DNA of 64,000 bases from an uncultured Planctomycetota bacterium (GCA_963841915.1 CAWJEN010000006.1:448001-512000); one strand, 5' to 3'; shown: positions 11,558-23,054, numbered from the stretch's first letter. Numbers and translations: made by a program. Notes: a model not told the origin generated them from the sequence alone.

Positions 11558-12268
11558 ATGCGAGTTCTGCTGACAACAATTACAGCCATAGTCATGCTTC
11601 TGCAAGGCGGTTGTGCGACGCTACTGACTTACCAAAGCTCGAAGAGCTGGAAGCAGAGGGCGGTGCGGGTCAATGAGCCCATCGCTTACGCCACGCATTC
11701 GAGCGGCGAAATCGTTATTGCTTACGGAAGGCCCGGCGACCGGAAATCGCGACAGCTGTTCGTTCTCTCGCCTGAGATTCTTCGGAGGGCTGCAGCGAAC
11801 CATCGCAAACGGGCGGCAGAACTTCGTCAGCAGTACCCGGACCCGACCACGCTTCCAGCGGGATTGAGCGCAAGTCTGCATCCGATCCCACAGATCTTTC
11901 TGCGACCCCAGCTCCCCGCTGCGGACGATCAGCTTCCATCAATTGCGGCCAATGAGTCACGGCCGCTACGTTTTGCCGAAGGACCACCGGCATGGCTGAA
12001 GCCCGGGATGCTGAAGCAGTTCGATGCAGAAACGCTCATCGAAGTGCGGGTTCCTGCTGTTACTGACGGACCTGCCACCTTGCCGTCGTCAGAGGTGTAT
12101 TACGTACGTGTCGGATCGCCATTCGCACCGAAGGTTTACAACCCGCTGGGACATGCTGCGCACGTCGCTGTACTCGTACCTGCCGTCGCGGTGGATCTGG
12201 TCACATTTCCGGTTCAGGTGATTGGCGTGCTGATTATCGTCGAAGGCTTGAGCGACATCGGCAAGTAG
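11558..12268 (+). CDS. Hypothetical lipoprotein
   Basis: MRVLLTTITAIVMLLQGGC lipobox; hydrophobic C-terminal segment; AT-rich upstream region. Confidence 0.7.
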   Translation: MRVLLTTITAIVMLLQGGCATLLTYQSSKSWKQRAVRVNEPIAYATHSSGEIVIAYGRPGDRKSRQLFVLSPEILRRAAANHRKRAAELRQQYPDPTTLPAGLSASLHPIPQIFLRPQLPAADDQLPSIAANESRPLRFAEGPPAWLKPGMLKQFDAETLIEVRVPAVTDGPATLPSSEVYYVRVGSPFAPKVYNPLGHAAHVAVLVPAVAVDLVTFPVQVIGVLIIVEGLSDIGK

Positions 12269-12310
12269 CCGGCGTGTCGTCAGGCGACCGGCGGCTTAGC
12301 ATGCCGGCCT

Positions 12311-14998
12311 ATGCCGGTCAGCAGCAGCGAAATCCGCCAGCAGTTTGTCGACTTCTTCACGAAGCAGCACGGCCACGCGCACGTCCCGAGTTCGCCGGTC
12401 GTGCCGCACGATGACCCGACGTTGCTCTTTGCCAACGCGGGCATGAACCAGTTCAAGCCGATCTTCCTGGGCGAGGACAAGCTCGACCACTACGGCCCGC
12501 CGCGGGCGGCCAACAGCCAGAAGTGCATCCGTGCCGGCGGAAAGCACAACGACCTCGACGACGTCGGCCGAGACACGTACCACCACACGTTCTTCGAAAT
12601 GCTCGGGAACTGGTCGTTCGGCGACTACTTCAAGGAAGGGGCCATCGACATGGCCTGGGAGCTGCTGACGAAGGTCTGGAAGCTCGACCCGGAACGGCTG
12701 CACGCCAGCTACTTCGAGGGCGACGAGAGCGAAGGCCTCGAGCCGGACACGGAGGCGAAGCAGCTTTGGACAAAGTACCTGCCGCCGGAGCGGATTCATC
12801 CGGGCAACAAGAAGGACAACTTCTGGGAGATGGGCGACGTCGGCCCGTGCGGGCCTTGCAGCGAGATTCACTACGACCGCTCCGACGACAAGAACGGTGG
12901 CAACCTCGTCAACGCCGACGGGCAGGACACGGTCGTCGAAATCTGGAACCTCGTCTTCATCCAGTTCAACCGGACGGCCGGCGGACTCAAGCCGCTGCCG
13001 GCCAAGCACGTCGATACGGGCATGGGCTTCGAGCGGATCGTGCGCGTCCTGCAGGGCGTGACGAGCAACTACGAGACAGACGTCTTCGGGCCGTTGCTTG
13101 ACGAGATCAGTCAGATCAGCGGAAAGGCGTACGAGCCGGCGCTCGACGCGCCGGTGGGCATTGCGTTTCGCGCGATTGCCGACCACGCGCGGATGGCGAC
13201 GTTTGCGATTGCCGACGGTGCGATGCCTGACGGCAAAGGCCGCGGCAGCGTGGTGCGGAGCGTGATCCGGCGTGCAGTGCGATTCGGCTACCAGACGCTG
13301 GAGCTACGCGAGCCGTTCCTTTACAAGCTGGTGAGCGTCGTGCAGGAGCAGATGGGCGACGCCTTCCCGGACGTTCGCGACACGAACGCGGCGAAGGTCA
13401 TCGAGAGCGAGGAGCGTGATTTCCTCAAGACCATCGAGCGTGGCCTGGCGTTGTTTGAAGAGTCAGTCACGGGCGGCGCTGAGGGCGTGTTTCCCGCACA
13501 GGCAGCGTTCGATTTGCACACGACGTACGGCTTCCCGATCGACCTGACGCGTCAGCTGGCCGAGGAGCGTGGGCTGACGGTCGACGTGGACGAGTACGAG
13601 CGGTTGTTCGCCGAGTTCCAGGAAGCCAGCGGCAAGGGTCGCAAGGCGGCCGGTAGCGGGGCCGTCGACTTCGGCGACTTGCCGGACACCGACGATTCGG
13701 GCAAGTACGGCTGCGTCAACGACGACGCGATCGTTCTTGCATTTGTCCGCGGCGATGACGTGGTGACGAGCGGCTCGATCAACGCAAACGACGAGGTCGG
13801 CGTGTTGCTCGATCGCACGTGCTTCTACGGCGAGCAGGGCGGCCAGGTCGGTGACACCGGCACGATTCGTGCCGACGATGCATCCTTTGAGGTCACCGAC
13901 ACCCGCCGCGTCGGTGGCCGGGTCATTCACGTCGGCAAGCTCGCCGCCGGCACGCTGAGGATTGGCGATGCCGTCCAGACGCACGTCAACTCCAAGCGGG
14001 CCGACATCGCTCGGCACCACACCGTTACGCACCTGCTCAACCTCGCCCTTCGTCAAACGCTCGGCGAACACGTCGCCCAACGCGGCAGCCTCGTCGACGA
14101 CACCAAAACCCGCTTCGACTTCTCGCACGACAAGCCACTCACCGCCGAGGACATCGTCAAGATTGAACGACGCGTCAACGCGTCCATACGGAGCAACTTT
14201 CCCGTCCACAGCGACACCGTTCCGCTGGCAGATGCCAAGCAGATCGAGGGCGTGCGTGCGGTGTTCGGCGAGAAGTATCCTGATCCGGTGCGGGTCGTTT
14301 ATGCGACGCCGACCGATCTGATGCAAAGCGACGGCAGCGTCCACAGCGTCGAGTTTTGCGGCGGCACGCACACGCATCGCACGGGTGACATCGGCTTGTT
14401 CAAGATCATCGCCGAGGAGTCGGTGAGCAAGGGCGTGCGGCGTGTCATCGGCGTCGCCGGTGACGCGGCCGTCGTGTACGTGCAGAACGCCGACGAGCAA
14501 CTACGCCAGACGTCTGCGGCATTGTCGGCCAAGCCTGAAGAGGCCGCCGACCGGGCGGCGGCGATGCGCGACGAAATCAAGAAGCTCAAGAAGCAGCTCG
14601 CCAGCGGTGGCGGCACGGGCGCTGCGGCGTTCGACGCTTCGGTCGTCGCGGCCGACCTGCTGGCCAAGGCGGAGAACGGCGTGATGGTCGCCCAGGTCGC
14701 CTCTCCCTCAGACGACGCATTGCGGTCGGTGGTCGATGCCGTCAAAGCTAAGGCCGACAGCTATGCGGTGCTGCTGGCATCGCCGGGCGACGACAAGGTG
14801 TCGATCGTCGCCGGCTGCAGCAAAGACGTCATTGGCAGGGGCCTCAAGGCAGGCGATTGGGTCCGCGACGTGGCCAAAGCCTGCGGCGGCGGTGGCGGCG
14901 GCAGGCCCGACCTGGCCCAGGCCGGTGGCAAGGACGCCAGCAAGCTGGGCGAAGCTCTTGCCGCGGCCAAAGCGATGGCAGAAGAGAAGCTGCGGTAG
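12311..14998 (+). CDS. alaS: Alanine--tRNA ligase
   Basis: DPTLLFANAGMNQFK, HHTFFEMLGNWSFGDYFK, DTGMGFER, editing HxxxH and EFCGGTH, GGGGGRPDLAQAGG. Confidence 0.98.
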   Translation: MPVSSSEIRQQFVDFFTKQHGHAHVPSSPVVPHDDPTLLFANAGMNQFKPIFLGEDKLDHYGPPRAANSQKCIRAGGKHNDLDDVGRDTYHHTFFEMLGNWSFGDYFKEGAIDMAWELLTKVWKLDPERLHASYFEGDESEGLEPDTEAKQLWTKYLPPERIHPGNKKDNFWEMGDVGPCGPCSEIHYDRSDDKNGGNLVNADGQDTVVEIWNLVFIQFNRTAGGLKPLPAKHVDTGMGFERIVRVLQGVTSNYETDVFGPLLDEISQISGKAYEPALDAPVGIAFRAIADHARMATFAIADGAMPDGKGRGSVVRSVIRRAVRFGYQTLELREPFLYKLVSVVQEQMGDAFPDVRDTNAAKVIESEERDFLKTIERGLALFEESVTGGAEGVFPAQAAFDLHTTYGFPIDLTRQLAEERGLTVDVDEYERLFAEFQEASGKGRKAAGSGAVDFGDLPDTDDSGKYGCVNDDAIVLAFVRGDDVVTSGSINANDEVGVLLDRTCFYGEQGGQVGDTGTIRADDASFEVTDTRRVGGRVIHVGKLAAGTLRIGDAVQTHVNSKRADIARHHTVTHLLNLALRQTLGEHVAQRGSLVDDTKTRFDFSHDKPLTAEDIVKIERRVNASIRSNFPVHSDTVPLADAKQIEGVRAVFGEKYPDPVRVVYATPTDLMQSDGSVHSVEFCGGTHTHRTGDIGLFKIIAEESVSKGVRRVIGVAGDAAVVYVQNADEQLRQTSAALSAKPEEAADRAAAMRDEIKKLKKQLASGGGTGAAAFDASVVAADLLAKAENGVMVAQVASPSDDALRSVVDAVKAKADSYAVLLASPGDDKVSIVAGCSKDVIGRGLKAGDWVRDVAKACGGGGGGRPDLAQAGGKDASKLGEALAAAKAMAEEKLR

Positions 14999-15019
14999 GC
15001 GTTTTACTCGTCGCAGGCG

Positions 15020-15886
15020 CTACCAGTACTTCTCGAAGTGAACGTTGCCGTCGGGGTTCTCACGGTCTTTGGGCGTGAAACCGCGGGCGACGAGGCTGTT
15101 GGTGACTTCGTCAATCATCGACGGGTTGCCGCAAAGCAGCACATGGCACTGCTCGGGTGTGAGGCCCTCGCCGACAAGGTCGCTGTAGGTGGCGTCGTCG
15201 AGGGCGACGTGGATGCGGCCGCGGAGGCCGAGCCAGCCTTGGCCGTCAGTTGCTTCGGGCTCGCGGCTGCAGGCGGGCACGTAGACGACGGTGTCGTCCT
15301 TGGCGGCGAGTTTTTCGAGCTCGTGCCGATAGCCCAGGTCTGCCGACAGGCGGGTGCCGTGGAGCACCACGAAGCGACGCCATCGGCCGGTTTCGCGGTA
15401 GGTTCGCAGCATCGACACGAACGGCGCGAGGCCCGTTCCAGTCGCGACGGCGACCAAGTCTCGTTCGGCCGGAATGCCGTCGAGCGTGAACTTGCCCTTG
15501 CACTTGGGGGCGCAGTAAAGGCGATCTCCGACGGCCAGCTCCCAAAGCCTCGGCGTCAGCGCGCCGCCATCGACGCGGGCGAGGTAGAACTCGATGCCTT
15601 CCTTGTCGAGCGGTGAGGAGCTGATGGAGTACGGCCGCAGGGTGAAACGGCCCAGACCTTTGCGGGTGCCGGTGTCGGCATCTGCGGCCGGTGCGACGCC
15701 GATCGTCGCGTACTGGCCAGGCTTGAAGTCGGGCACGCCACCGTCAGGCAAGATGCGCAAGATCGCCAGCTCTGAGGTGAGGTCTTCACGTCCGACGACG
15801 CGGGCATTGAGCAGCTTGGCATCGGCGTCGGACACAGCAGTAACGTCGGCGGTGTCGGCGGCGGGCATGGTGGGCGTGGCGGGCAT
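15020..15886 (-). CDS. fpr: Ferredoxin--NADP(+) reductase (start uncertain, 15868-16000)
   Basis: FKPGQY, RPYSISS, ATGTGLAPF, LCGNPSMI, C-terminal EKYW. Confidence 0.9.
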   Translation of the reverse strand: MPATPTMPAADTADVTAVSDADAKLLNARVVGREDLTSELAILRILPDGGVPDFKPGQYATIGVAPAADADTGTRKGLGRFTLRPYSISSSPLDKEGIEFYLARVDGGALTPRLWELAVGDRLYCAPKCKGKFTLDGIPAERDLVAVATGTGLAPFVSMLRTYRETGRWRRFVVLHGTRLSADLGYRHELEKLAAKDDTVVYVPACSREPEATDGQGWLGLRGRIHVALDDATYSDLVGEGLTPEQCHVLLCGNPSMIDEVTNSLVARGFTPKDRENPDGNVHFEKYW

Positions 15887-16127
15887 GGACGAAGTCGCGG
15901 CGTTTGGAACAGGATCAGCCGCGGGTGCAGTCTTGCCCCCTGTCGCCGGACGATCAAGCCACCGATGCTGCGAAAGGTCTGACGCCTCTGTCGGCGACAA
16001 TTGTTCGCGATGCGGTGACGGGGTGAGTCACATTGACGACACGGCGCGTTCCATTTTCGACAGGTGGCCGCGTATTGTGGCGCGACGAGCGGTCGGGCCA
16101 CGACAAACGCCCGACGCCGATGCCGCC

Positions 16128-19100
16128 ATGGATGACCCTGCCCCGCCAACCCGCCCTGCAACGCCACCTGCACCACGCGCGGGCAAGGGCCTGATCGATC
16201 AGCCGAACGGTGACGGCAAGACCGACACGAAGTCGACGCCGGTCGATGTGCTCATTGTTGACGACGCCGAGATGGATCGGATCCTGCTGTCGAGGCTGCT
16301 GGGTCGCGGGCTGATGGTGCGGGAAGCGGTGAATTTGACCGAGGCCGAAGTGAGCGTGCGGCAGGAGGTGCCCGACCTCATCCTGCTCGACAACAACCTG
16401 CCCGACGGCACCGCCTCGGACTTTCTAGAGGTGCTCAGCACGATTGAGGGGGATCGGCCGACCTATTTGGGGACGCTTGCGTGTCCGGTGGTGATCCTGA
16501 CGGGTGGTGGCAGCCCGTCGCTGGCCGCCGACCTGGTGCGGCGTGGTGCTGGTGACTACCTGCCGAAGGAATCGCTCCTGGCTGACGAAGACGGCCGCTT
16601 CACCACCGCCAGGCGTGCGCTGCATGACACGATTCGTCGTGCCCGCGACCATCACCACCTGACCCGCCGGGCCGGTCGATTGCTTGCCGGGGCGCTGCGC
16701 AAGCGCAGCCGCGCTCAAGAGGCCAGACGAGCTGAGAAAGAAGCCCGTAGCGAGGCGGATCTTGCCTTGCAGCGGCTGCAAAGCGCCCTCGACGCGGGCG
16801 AAATGGGCACCTGGGTCTGGAACCTTCAGACAGACGAGATCCAGTTCGATGCCCGTCAACTCGAGCTGTACGAGCTCAATTTCGGCAAGCTCAGCTTTGA
16901 GGCGGCGTTTGCCCGTGTGCACCCCGAAGATCGTGCCAGGGTCGAGCAGGCGATTGACGCAGTAACATCAGGAGCTGAGCCGAACTTCGAGGCCGAGTTC
17001 CGCCTTGACCTGCCGAGCAACACGCCGCGATGGATTGCGGCATACGGCCGAGCCGCCGGCGACGGGGACGACCGTCACCTGCTAGGTGTCAGCTTCGACG
17101 TCACCGAGCGCCACTGGGCTGTGGAAGCACTCCAAGCCAGCGAGGCGGAAAACGCCCGCCAGCTTTCAGCCCTGGCGGCCATCTACGACCAGGCACCGGT
17201 GGGGCTGGGGCTGCTCGATAGCGACCTTGCGTTCACGAGCGTCAACGGCATGCTCGCCGACCTGCTGGGGGTCCCGGCCGACGATCTGCGAGGCCGTTCG
17301 GCGGCCAGTGTGCTGCCCGCTGCTCTATGGCAACAAGTCGGCGACGCCTGCCGCGCCGCAGCAGACGGCCAGCAGCAACGCGTGCAGGTGCGACTCGAAC
17401 ACGACGGCCACAATAACGTCAGCCTGCTCTGGTCTTGCGGCCCGGTTCGCGGCATCGACGGCACGGCCGAGGGTGTGAACCTTGTCGTGCAGAACGTCAC
17501 CGACCTGCAGCTCAAAGAAGAACGCCTCGCCAAGCAGGCCCTGGAACTCGGTGACCAACGGCTCGAACTTGAACGCAGGAATGACGAGCTGTCCCGGGTC
17601 AACCACCGGCTCGGCGAAACGACGAGTCGGCTCGAGTCGCTGCTCGACAGCGCGCCCGTCGGCTTCGGCTTCTTCGACGACTCTGGACGATTCCTGCTGA
17701 TCAACGACGAGCTGGCGAGGCTAAACGGCCTGCCGGCCCGAGAGCACGTCGGCCGCGAGATTAACGAAGTGCTGCCGGATCTGGGCGGGCTCATGCGGCC
17801 GTATCTCGACCGCGTCGTCAGCACCGGCAGGCCCGTCATCGGCGTCGAGATCGAGGGGCAGACGCAGGCAACCGCCCATACGCCGCGATGGTTTCTGACA
17901 AGCTTTTTCCCGGTCCACGCCGGCCTGTTGAAGGCCGAGGGGCGTAGTGCGACGGAGGCCGTCGGCTGCGTCGTGCTCGACATCACCGACCGCAAACGCG
18001 GCGAGCGGTTGCTCCGCGAGGCCAAGGAAAATGCCATCAACGCCCGTATTTCTGCCGACCGGGCGCGGGAATTGTCTGAGCGGGCCAACCGCGCCAAGAG
18101 CGAGTTCCTGGCCGTGTTGAGCCATGAGCTGCGGACGCCGCTGACGCCGGTGCTGGCTGGGGCGCAGATGCTGGAGCAGGCGCTGAACCAGCAGCTACCG
18201 ACTTTGCGTGAGTCGGGAATGGATGGCGCTAATGAGCAGGAACTGCTACGCGAGCTCCTTGGTGATTCGCTGGCGACGATTCGCCGCAACGTCGAGCTCG
18301 AGGTTCGACTGATCGACGACTTGCTGGATTTGACGCGGATCACGCGTGGCAAGCTGCAGTTGACACGTCGGCCGATCGACCTCAATGACGCCGTCCGCCA
18401 CGCCATCGAGACGTGTCGAGGCGAGGCGGTCGAGAAGAACGTGTCGCTCGAATTAGACGCGGTCGATGGTCCGCTTGGCATGGTGGCCGACTCTGCCCGT
18501 ATCCAGCAGGTTATCTGGAATCTGGTGAAAAACGCGATCAAGTTCACACCCGAGGGCGGGCGGATCTGGGTCAACACGACCGCGACGACGACCTCCGTCG
18601 GGCCGCAGGTCGTATGCAAGGTGCGTGACAACGGCCTGGGCATCGACAGCGAGCACCTGCGGACGATCTTCAACGCGTTCGAGCAGGGCGGCAGAGGGAC
18701 GACGCGTACTTTCGGCGGTCTGGGTCTCGGCTTGGCCATCAGCCGATACCTCGTCGACGCGCACGGCGGCACGCTCATCGCCGAAAGTGCCGGCGCTGGT
18801 GAGGGCTCGACCTTTACTGTGTCGCTTCCGGCGCGTCAGCTCCGTCGCAGCAGCAAGCGGATCGAACGGGGCGGCGAGGCAGGCAATATCCAAGTGCCGC
18901 GCATTCTGCTCGTGGAAGATCATGCCGACACCGGGCGACTCATGGCGCGGTACCTGAAGATGCGACTCAAGGCCGACGTGGTGCGCGCAGAGACGGTTGA
19001 GACGGGGCGGGCCCGCTATGCCGAGTCGCTCGAAGGCGAGCGGTTCGGCCTCATTATCAGCGATATCGGGCTGCCCGACGGCAGCGGGATCGACCTGCTC

Positions 19101-19325
19101 GACTCCCTGCCGAGTGACCATCCGCCGGCAATTGCACTCAGCGGGTACGGCACCGAGGCCGACATCCGTCGCTCCAAGGACGTCGGCTTCGTCGAGCACC
19201 TCATCAAACCCGTTGATCTCGAGAGCCTCGAACGGGTGGTCATGCAAACGCTGGCCGGGGTGCCGAAGACGCCGGAAGCTGAGGCGGACGGCAGCGTGCC
19301 TGATAATGACGCGACCATTGCGTGA
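16128..19325 (+). CDS. Hybrid sensor histidine kinase (REC-PAS x3-HisKA-HATPase-REC), no TM segments seen
   Basis: N-terminal VLIVDD/LLDNNLPDG; PAS-like HPEDR and APVG repeats; SHELRTPL; NLVKNAIKF; DNGLGI; GLGLGL; C-terminal LLVED...SDIGLPD...KPV. Start taken at ATG 16128. Confidence 0.92.
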   Translation: MDDPAPPTRPATPPAPRAGKGLIDQPNGDGKTDTKSTPVDVLIVDDAEMDRILLSRLLGRGLMVREAVNLTEAEVSVRQEVPDLILLDNNLPDGTASDFLEVLSTIEGDRPTYLGTLACPVVILTGGGSPSLAADLVRRGAGDYLPKESLLADEDGRFTTARRALHDTIRRARDHHHLTRRAGRLLAGALRKRSRAQEARRAEKEARSEADLALQRLQSALDAGEMGTWVWNLQTDEIQFDARQLELYELNFGKLSFEAAFARVHPEDRARVEQAIDAVTSGAEPNFEAEFRLDLPSNTPRWIAAYGRAAGDGDDRHLLGVSFDVTERHWAVEALQASEAENARQLSALAAIYDQAPVGLGLLDSDLAFTSVNGMLADLLGVPADDLRGRSAASVLPAALWQQVGDACRAAADGQQQRVQVRLEHDGHNNVSLLWSCGPVRGIDGTAEGVNLVVQNVTDLQLKEERLAKQALELGDQRLELERRNDELSRVNHRLGETTSRLESLLDSAPVGFGFFDDSGRFLLINDELARLNGLPAREHVGREINEVLPDLGGLMRPYLDRVVSTGRPVIGVEIEGQTQATAHTPRWFLTSFFPVHAGLLKAEGRSATEAVGCVVLDITDRKRGERLLREAKENAINARISADRARELSERANRAKSEFLAVLSHELRTPLTPVLAGAQMLEQALNQQLPTLRESGMDGANEQELLRELLGDSLATIRRNVELEVRLIDDLLDLTRITRGKLQLTRRPIDLNDAVRHAIETCRGEAVEKNVSLELDAVDGPLGMVADSARIQQVIWNLVKNAIKFTPEGGRIWVNTTATTTSVGPQVVCKVRDNGLGIDSEHLRTIFNAFEQGGRGTTRTFGGLGLGLAISRYLVDAHGGTLIAESAGAGEGSTFTVSLPARQLRRSSKRIERGGEAGNIQVPRILLVEDHADTGRLMARYLKMRLKADVVRAETVETGRARYAESLEGERFGLIISDIGLPDGSGIDLLDSLPSDHPPAIALSGYGTEADIRRSKDVGFVEHLIKPVDLESLERVVMQTLAGVPKTPEAEADGSVPDNDATIA

Positions 19326-19435
19326 GGCGTGATCGGGCGTGAATACAGGTGTCAAGGCGGTAGAATTTGCGAGCGTTTGCCGGTTGCCTACGTTGGCACA
19401 GCCGAAACGTCCGCACCGACCGACCCTTTCCGCCG

Positions 19436-20248
19436 ATGACCGCCAGCGACACCATCACGTCCATAGACAGTAACGAGGCCGTGCCCGAGCACCCGTACGT
19501 GCGTGACACGAAGGCGATCCGGCCGACAAACGTGGTAAGCATCGTGATCCCCGTCTACAACGAGGAGCGGACGGTGGCAACGCTGATCGATCTGGTCGTC
19601 AGGGCCCGCGTGCCCGACGGGCTGACGAAGCAGATCGTCTGCGTCAACGACGCCAGCAGCGACGGCACGAGCGGCGTTCTCGAGGCCATCGCCAAGCACT
19701 ACAAAGCCAGCGAAGGCATCAAGTTTGTCGTCCACCACCAGAAGGAAAACCAAGGCAAAGGGGCCGCCTTGAGGACCGGCTTCGGCCTGGCGACGGGTGA
19801 CGTCGTGCTGATCCAGGATGCCGACCTGGAGTACGACCCGGCCGACTACATGAAGCTGCTGACGCCGATCGTGCAGGACAAGGCCGACGTCGTCTTCGGC
19901 AGCCGATTCATCGGCGAGCCGCACCGCGTGCTCTACTACTGGCACTCGATGGGCAACAAGTTCCTCACGTTCCTGTCGAACGCGTTCACGAACCTGAACC
20001 TTACCGACATGGAGGTCTGCTACAAGGTCTTTCGCAAGGACGTGCTCGACCGCATCGAGGTCAAATGCGACCGCTTCGGCTTCGAGCCCGAAGTGACGGC
20101 CAAAGTCGCCAAAATGCGCCCACGGTTGCGGATTTACGAAGTCGGCATCGCCTACTACGGCCGCAGCTACGAAGAAGGGAAAAAGATCACCTGGAAGGAC
20201 GGCGTCAAGGCGATTCTGGCGATCATCCGGTTCCGGTTTACCGATTAG
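19436..20248 (+). CDS. Glycosyltransferase family 2 (DPM1-like)
   Basis: VSIVIPVYNE, NDASSDGT, NQGKGAALRTG, QDADLEYDP, GSRF, KKITWKDG. Confidence 0.92.
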   Translation: MTASDTITSIDSNEAVPEHPYVRDTKAIRPTNVVSIVIPVYNEERTVATLIDLVVRARVPDGLTKQIVCVNDASSDGTSGVLEAIAKHYKASEGIKFVVHHQKENQGKGAALRTGFGLATGDVVLIQDADLEYDPADYMKLLTPIVQDKADVVFGSRFIGEPHRVLYYWHSMGNKFLTFLSNAFTNLNLTDMEVCYKVFRKDVLDRIEVKCDRFGFEPEVTAKVAKMRPRLRIYEVGIAYYGRSYEEGKKITWKDGVKAILAIIRFRFTD

Positions 20249-20278
20249 TCAGATCTCAGAGGCCGATCAGGATCGGCG

Positions 20279-20629
20279 CTACCCGCCGGACGATTTGGCG
20301 GCGTAACCGGCTGCTTTGAGCTCGTCGACGACCCGGTCACGCACATCACCCTGGAGCGTCAGGCCGTCGTCGGTAGCAGAGCCGCCGACGGCGAACTTCT
20401 GTTTGAGCTGTTTGGTCAACCCCGCCAGATCTGTTGCGGCGGCGTCGAGGCCGGTCACGACGGTCGTCCATTTGCCGCGACGCTTCTCGCGACGCACGCG
20501 CGGCGACTGCTTCTCGGGCGGCAGCACCTCGCCGGTGGCGTCGCGTGGGCAAGTGCAGTCGGCAAGCTCTTTGCCGCACCGTGCGCAAGTCACCGGTCGC
20601 TGCAACGCCGTTCCATCGAAGAGGCCCAT
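20279..20629 (-). CDS. yciH: SUI1/YciH-family translation initiation factor with N-terminal CxxC...CxC
   Basis: RREKRRGKWTTVVTGL, LKQKFAVGGS, LQGDVRDRV; start at Met 20629. Confidence 0.85.
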   Translation of the reverse strand: MGLFDGTALQRPVTCARCGKELADCTCPRDATGEVLPPEKQSPRVRREKRRGKWTTVVTGLDAAATDLAGLTKQLKQKFAVGGSATDDGLTLQGDVRDRVVDELKAAGYAAKSSGG

Positions 20630-20651
20630 GAGGCAAGCGTAAGACTGTGAC

Positions 20652-21953
20652 GTGATTCTCGCGATCGATGTCGGCAGTTCCTCCGTCAAAGCTGCGTTGC
20701 TCGACGGCACCACCATCGTCGGCGACAATGCCTACGAGCCGTTCGTGACCACCTATCGCGACCTGTGTGTCGAGGTCGACGCCGTCGCGATCGATGAGGC
20801 CATTCGCAGAGCGGTCGCCAGGCTCGATATTGCCGCTGCGAGCAGTGTCGGCATCACGGGCATGGCACCGGCGTGGCTGGCGATGGACGAGCACGGCCGG
20901 GCGATGACGCCGATCATCACCCACCAGGATCGCCGCAGCACCGAAGTCGCCCACGCCATCGAGGAAAGGATTGGCAGGAAACGCGGATATCTCCGACTGA
21001 CCGGCAATGTTGCCACGCCCGGGGGCATCAGCGTGACGACAGCTTCCTGGGTCGGCAGCCACAGCAACATCATCGACCGCTGCTCGATGATGGGGCATCT
21101 GCCGACTTCGCTGATGAAACGTCTGACCGGCGAATGGGCGATCGATCCGAGCAACGCAGGCTTCACAGGTCTGCTCGACGTCCAGGCGATGAAGTGGTCG
21201 AAGACCGTCTGCGATGCCGCACAGTTGCCGATGAGCAAGCTGCCGCCGATCGTGGATGCGGCAAGCGTGGTCGGTCAGACCGTGGCCAACGACTTGAGCA
21301 TTCCGATCGGTCTGCCGGTATTCGGCGGCTACGTTGACGGCAGCGGGCCGTTACTACTGACCGGGGCGACGCCCGGCACGCTCATGCACTCGGCCGGTTC
21401 GACCGACGTCCTGGCGGTGTGCGTCGATCGGCCGATCCCGACGAAAGGGCTGTTGTGTCGGCCGCTAGGCTCGAAAAACCTTTGGGTACTGGCCGCCACG
21501 CAGGCGGCCGGGGCGTCGTCGATCGGGTGGATCCGCGAGATGCTCTTTGCGGACCTCGACACCGATACGTTCACCGCCGAACTGCGCGCCGCGGCGAAAA
21601 CGGAGACGAGCGTGACGTTCCGCCCGTGCCTGGCCGGTGACCGCCAGAAGATCGATCAGTCGGCGGCTGGCCTTGAGGGCCTGACGTTGGCAACGACGCG
21701 TAAGGACATTCTCGCCGCGGTCGTGCAGGGTTTGGTGGCCGACCACGTCAAGCGGTTCGACCGCCTCATGCGAGCCGCCGGTGATGTCGACTCGAGAGTC
21801 GTCACCACCGGCGGGGCGGGTGCTTTTCGAGATGTCCTTCGCGCCGCATGGCCGAATCGGCCCGACGGGCAAAGCTGGGCGTTCGAGGAGGTCGAGCAGG
21901 CGACGCTCCGCGGCCTGGGAGCGCTCAATTCAGGGGCAGCTCCCAAGGCGTGA
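20652..21953 (+). CDS. FGGY-family carbohydrate kinase
   Basis: [46 protein letters not shown]. Confidence 0.85.
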   Translation: MILAIDVGSSSVKAALLDGTTIVGDNAYEPFVTTYRDLCVEVDAVAIDEAIRRAVARLDIAAASSVGITGMAPAWLAMDEHGRAMTPIITHQDRRSTEVAHAIEERIGRKRGYLRLTGNVATPGGISVTTASWVGSHSNIIDRCSMMGHLPTSLMKRLTGEWAIDPSNAGFTGLLDVQAMKWSKTVCDAAQLPMSKLPPIVDAASVVGQTVANDLSIPIGLPVFGGYVDGSGPLLLTGATPGTLMHSAGSTDVLAVCVDRPIPTKGLLCRPLGSKNLWVLAATQAAGASSIGWIREMLFADLDTDTFTAELRAAAKTETSVTFRPCLAGDRQKIDQSAAGLEGLTLATTRKDILAAVVQGLVADHVKRFDRLMRAAGDVDSRVVTTGGAGAFRDVLRAAWPNRPDGQSWAFEEVEQATLRGLGALNSGAAPKA

Positions 21954-22968
21954 CCTTGACCTTCTCGAACTGGCCCGGGTTGTCGGGAGTGCCGAACTTG
22001 ACGCTCTCGCCGTGGCCATCGACGAAGCCGACATTGACGCTGCCACCCTTGGGGTTGCCGAGCGTGCCGCGAGCCTCAGAGTTGGTCGCGCCGCTGTCGT
22101 GACGATCGAGCGGAACGCGCCATGCGAGCCAGGACGTCTGCATGATGCCTGCCATCGTGCCGTCGTAGGCGATGTTGCCGCCGTTGTAGTTGTTGGAACC
22201 GAAGTTGGTCGTCCAGATGAGCAGGTCGGCGCGGTCGAGGAAACCGCCGCCTTGTTGCGGGTCGGCACGGATGGTGCCGGTGTCACCCCAGAGCAGCGTG
22301 CTGGCCGGATCACGAACCGCGGTCAGCTTGGCATTGACCGACTTGCCGAGCTGCGGGTGCCAATAGCCTGGAGGGCTCGACAGCGGCAGTCCGCCGACGA
22401 CACCGACTTCCGAGCTGCCGATGCGACTGACGCCGCCGTACGTATTGCGGTCGATCAACGAAGCAATATCGCCGTTGATGCCGTAGCTGGCCGGAACCTT
22501 GTCAAGGGCGACACCCTGCGGTGCGACGTATCCCGCGCCTTCGGCTCCGGTGGCCACGCCCGGATCACTAGGGCAAATAAAGTAATCAGGCCAGTTGTTG
22601 CGTTCGTCAAACGTCGCATCCGCCTCGCCAAGATACCGGATCATGTACGTGTACAGGTCCAGGATCTCGACGCCGTCGTCGGCGTCCATGGGGTTGTCGC
22701 GGTACTCAAAGATGTTGCGGCTGCGGTCATACTGCTCGACCACGAAGTCGCCACTGACCGGAGGCAGGTAATTCGTGTCCAGGTTGAACTGCAACGACGC
22801 GCTGCCCAGCTCGCGCAGGCTGCTCAGGCATTTGACGTTGGCCGCGCTGGCCCGGGCGCGGTTCAGCGTCGGCAGCAGGATCGAGATCAGCAGCGCGATG
22901 ATGCCGATGACGACCAGCAACTCAACGAGCGTGAAACCGCGGGTGCGTGGGGATGGGGTTGCGTTCAT
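21925..22968 (-). CDS. Prepilin-type N-terminal cleavage/methylation protein (DUF1559 / H-X9-DG type)
   Basis: [48 protein letters not shown]-terminal RH...NVGFVDGH. Confidence 0.93.
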   Translation of the reverse strand: MNATPSPRTRGFTLVELLVVIGIIALLISILLPTLNRARASAANVKCLSSLRELGSASLQFNLDTNYLPPVSGDFVVEQYDRSRNIFEYRDNPMDADDGVEILDLYTYMIRYLGEADATFDERNNWPDYFICPSDPGVATGAEGAGYVAPQGVALDKVPASYGINGDIASLIDRNTYGGVSRIGSSEVGVVGGLPLSSPPGYWHPQLGKSVNAKLTAVRDPASTLLWGDTGTIRADPQQGGGFLDRADLLIWTTNFGSNNYNGGNIAYDGTMAGIMQTSWLAWRVPLDRHDSGATNSEARGTLGNPKGGSVNVGFVDGHGESVKFGTPDNPGQFEKVKVTPWELPLN

Positions 22969-23054
22969 GGGAGGCCTCCTCGGCCGCTTTCGGCGGGATG
23001 GGGTGGGCGGCTCAAGAGCGAGGCGCCGCGGGGAAACAGGCAAAAGGGAGTTCG

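Noticed and set aside
15594..16127. N-terminal 178 aa of the 1243-aa kinase ORF
   Set aside because: It overlaps fpr on the opposite strand; the domain content begins after ATG 16128.
19393..19410. TTGGCAC sigma-54 -24 box before the GT2 gene
   Set aside because: No -12 TTGC at the required spacing.
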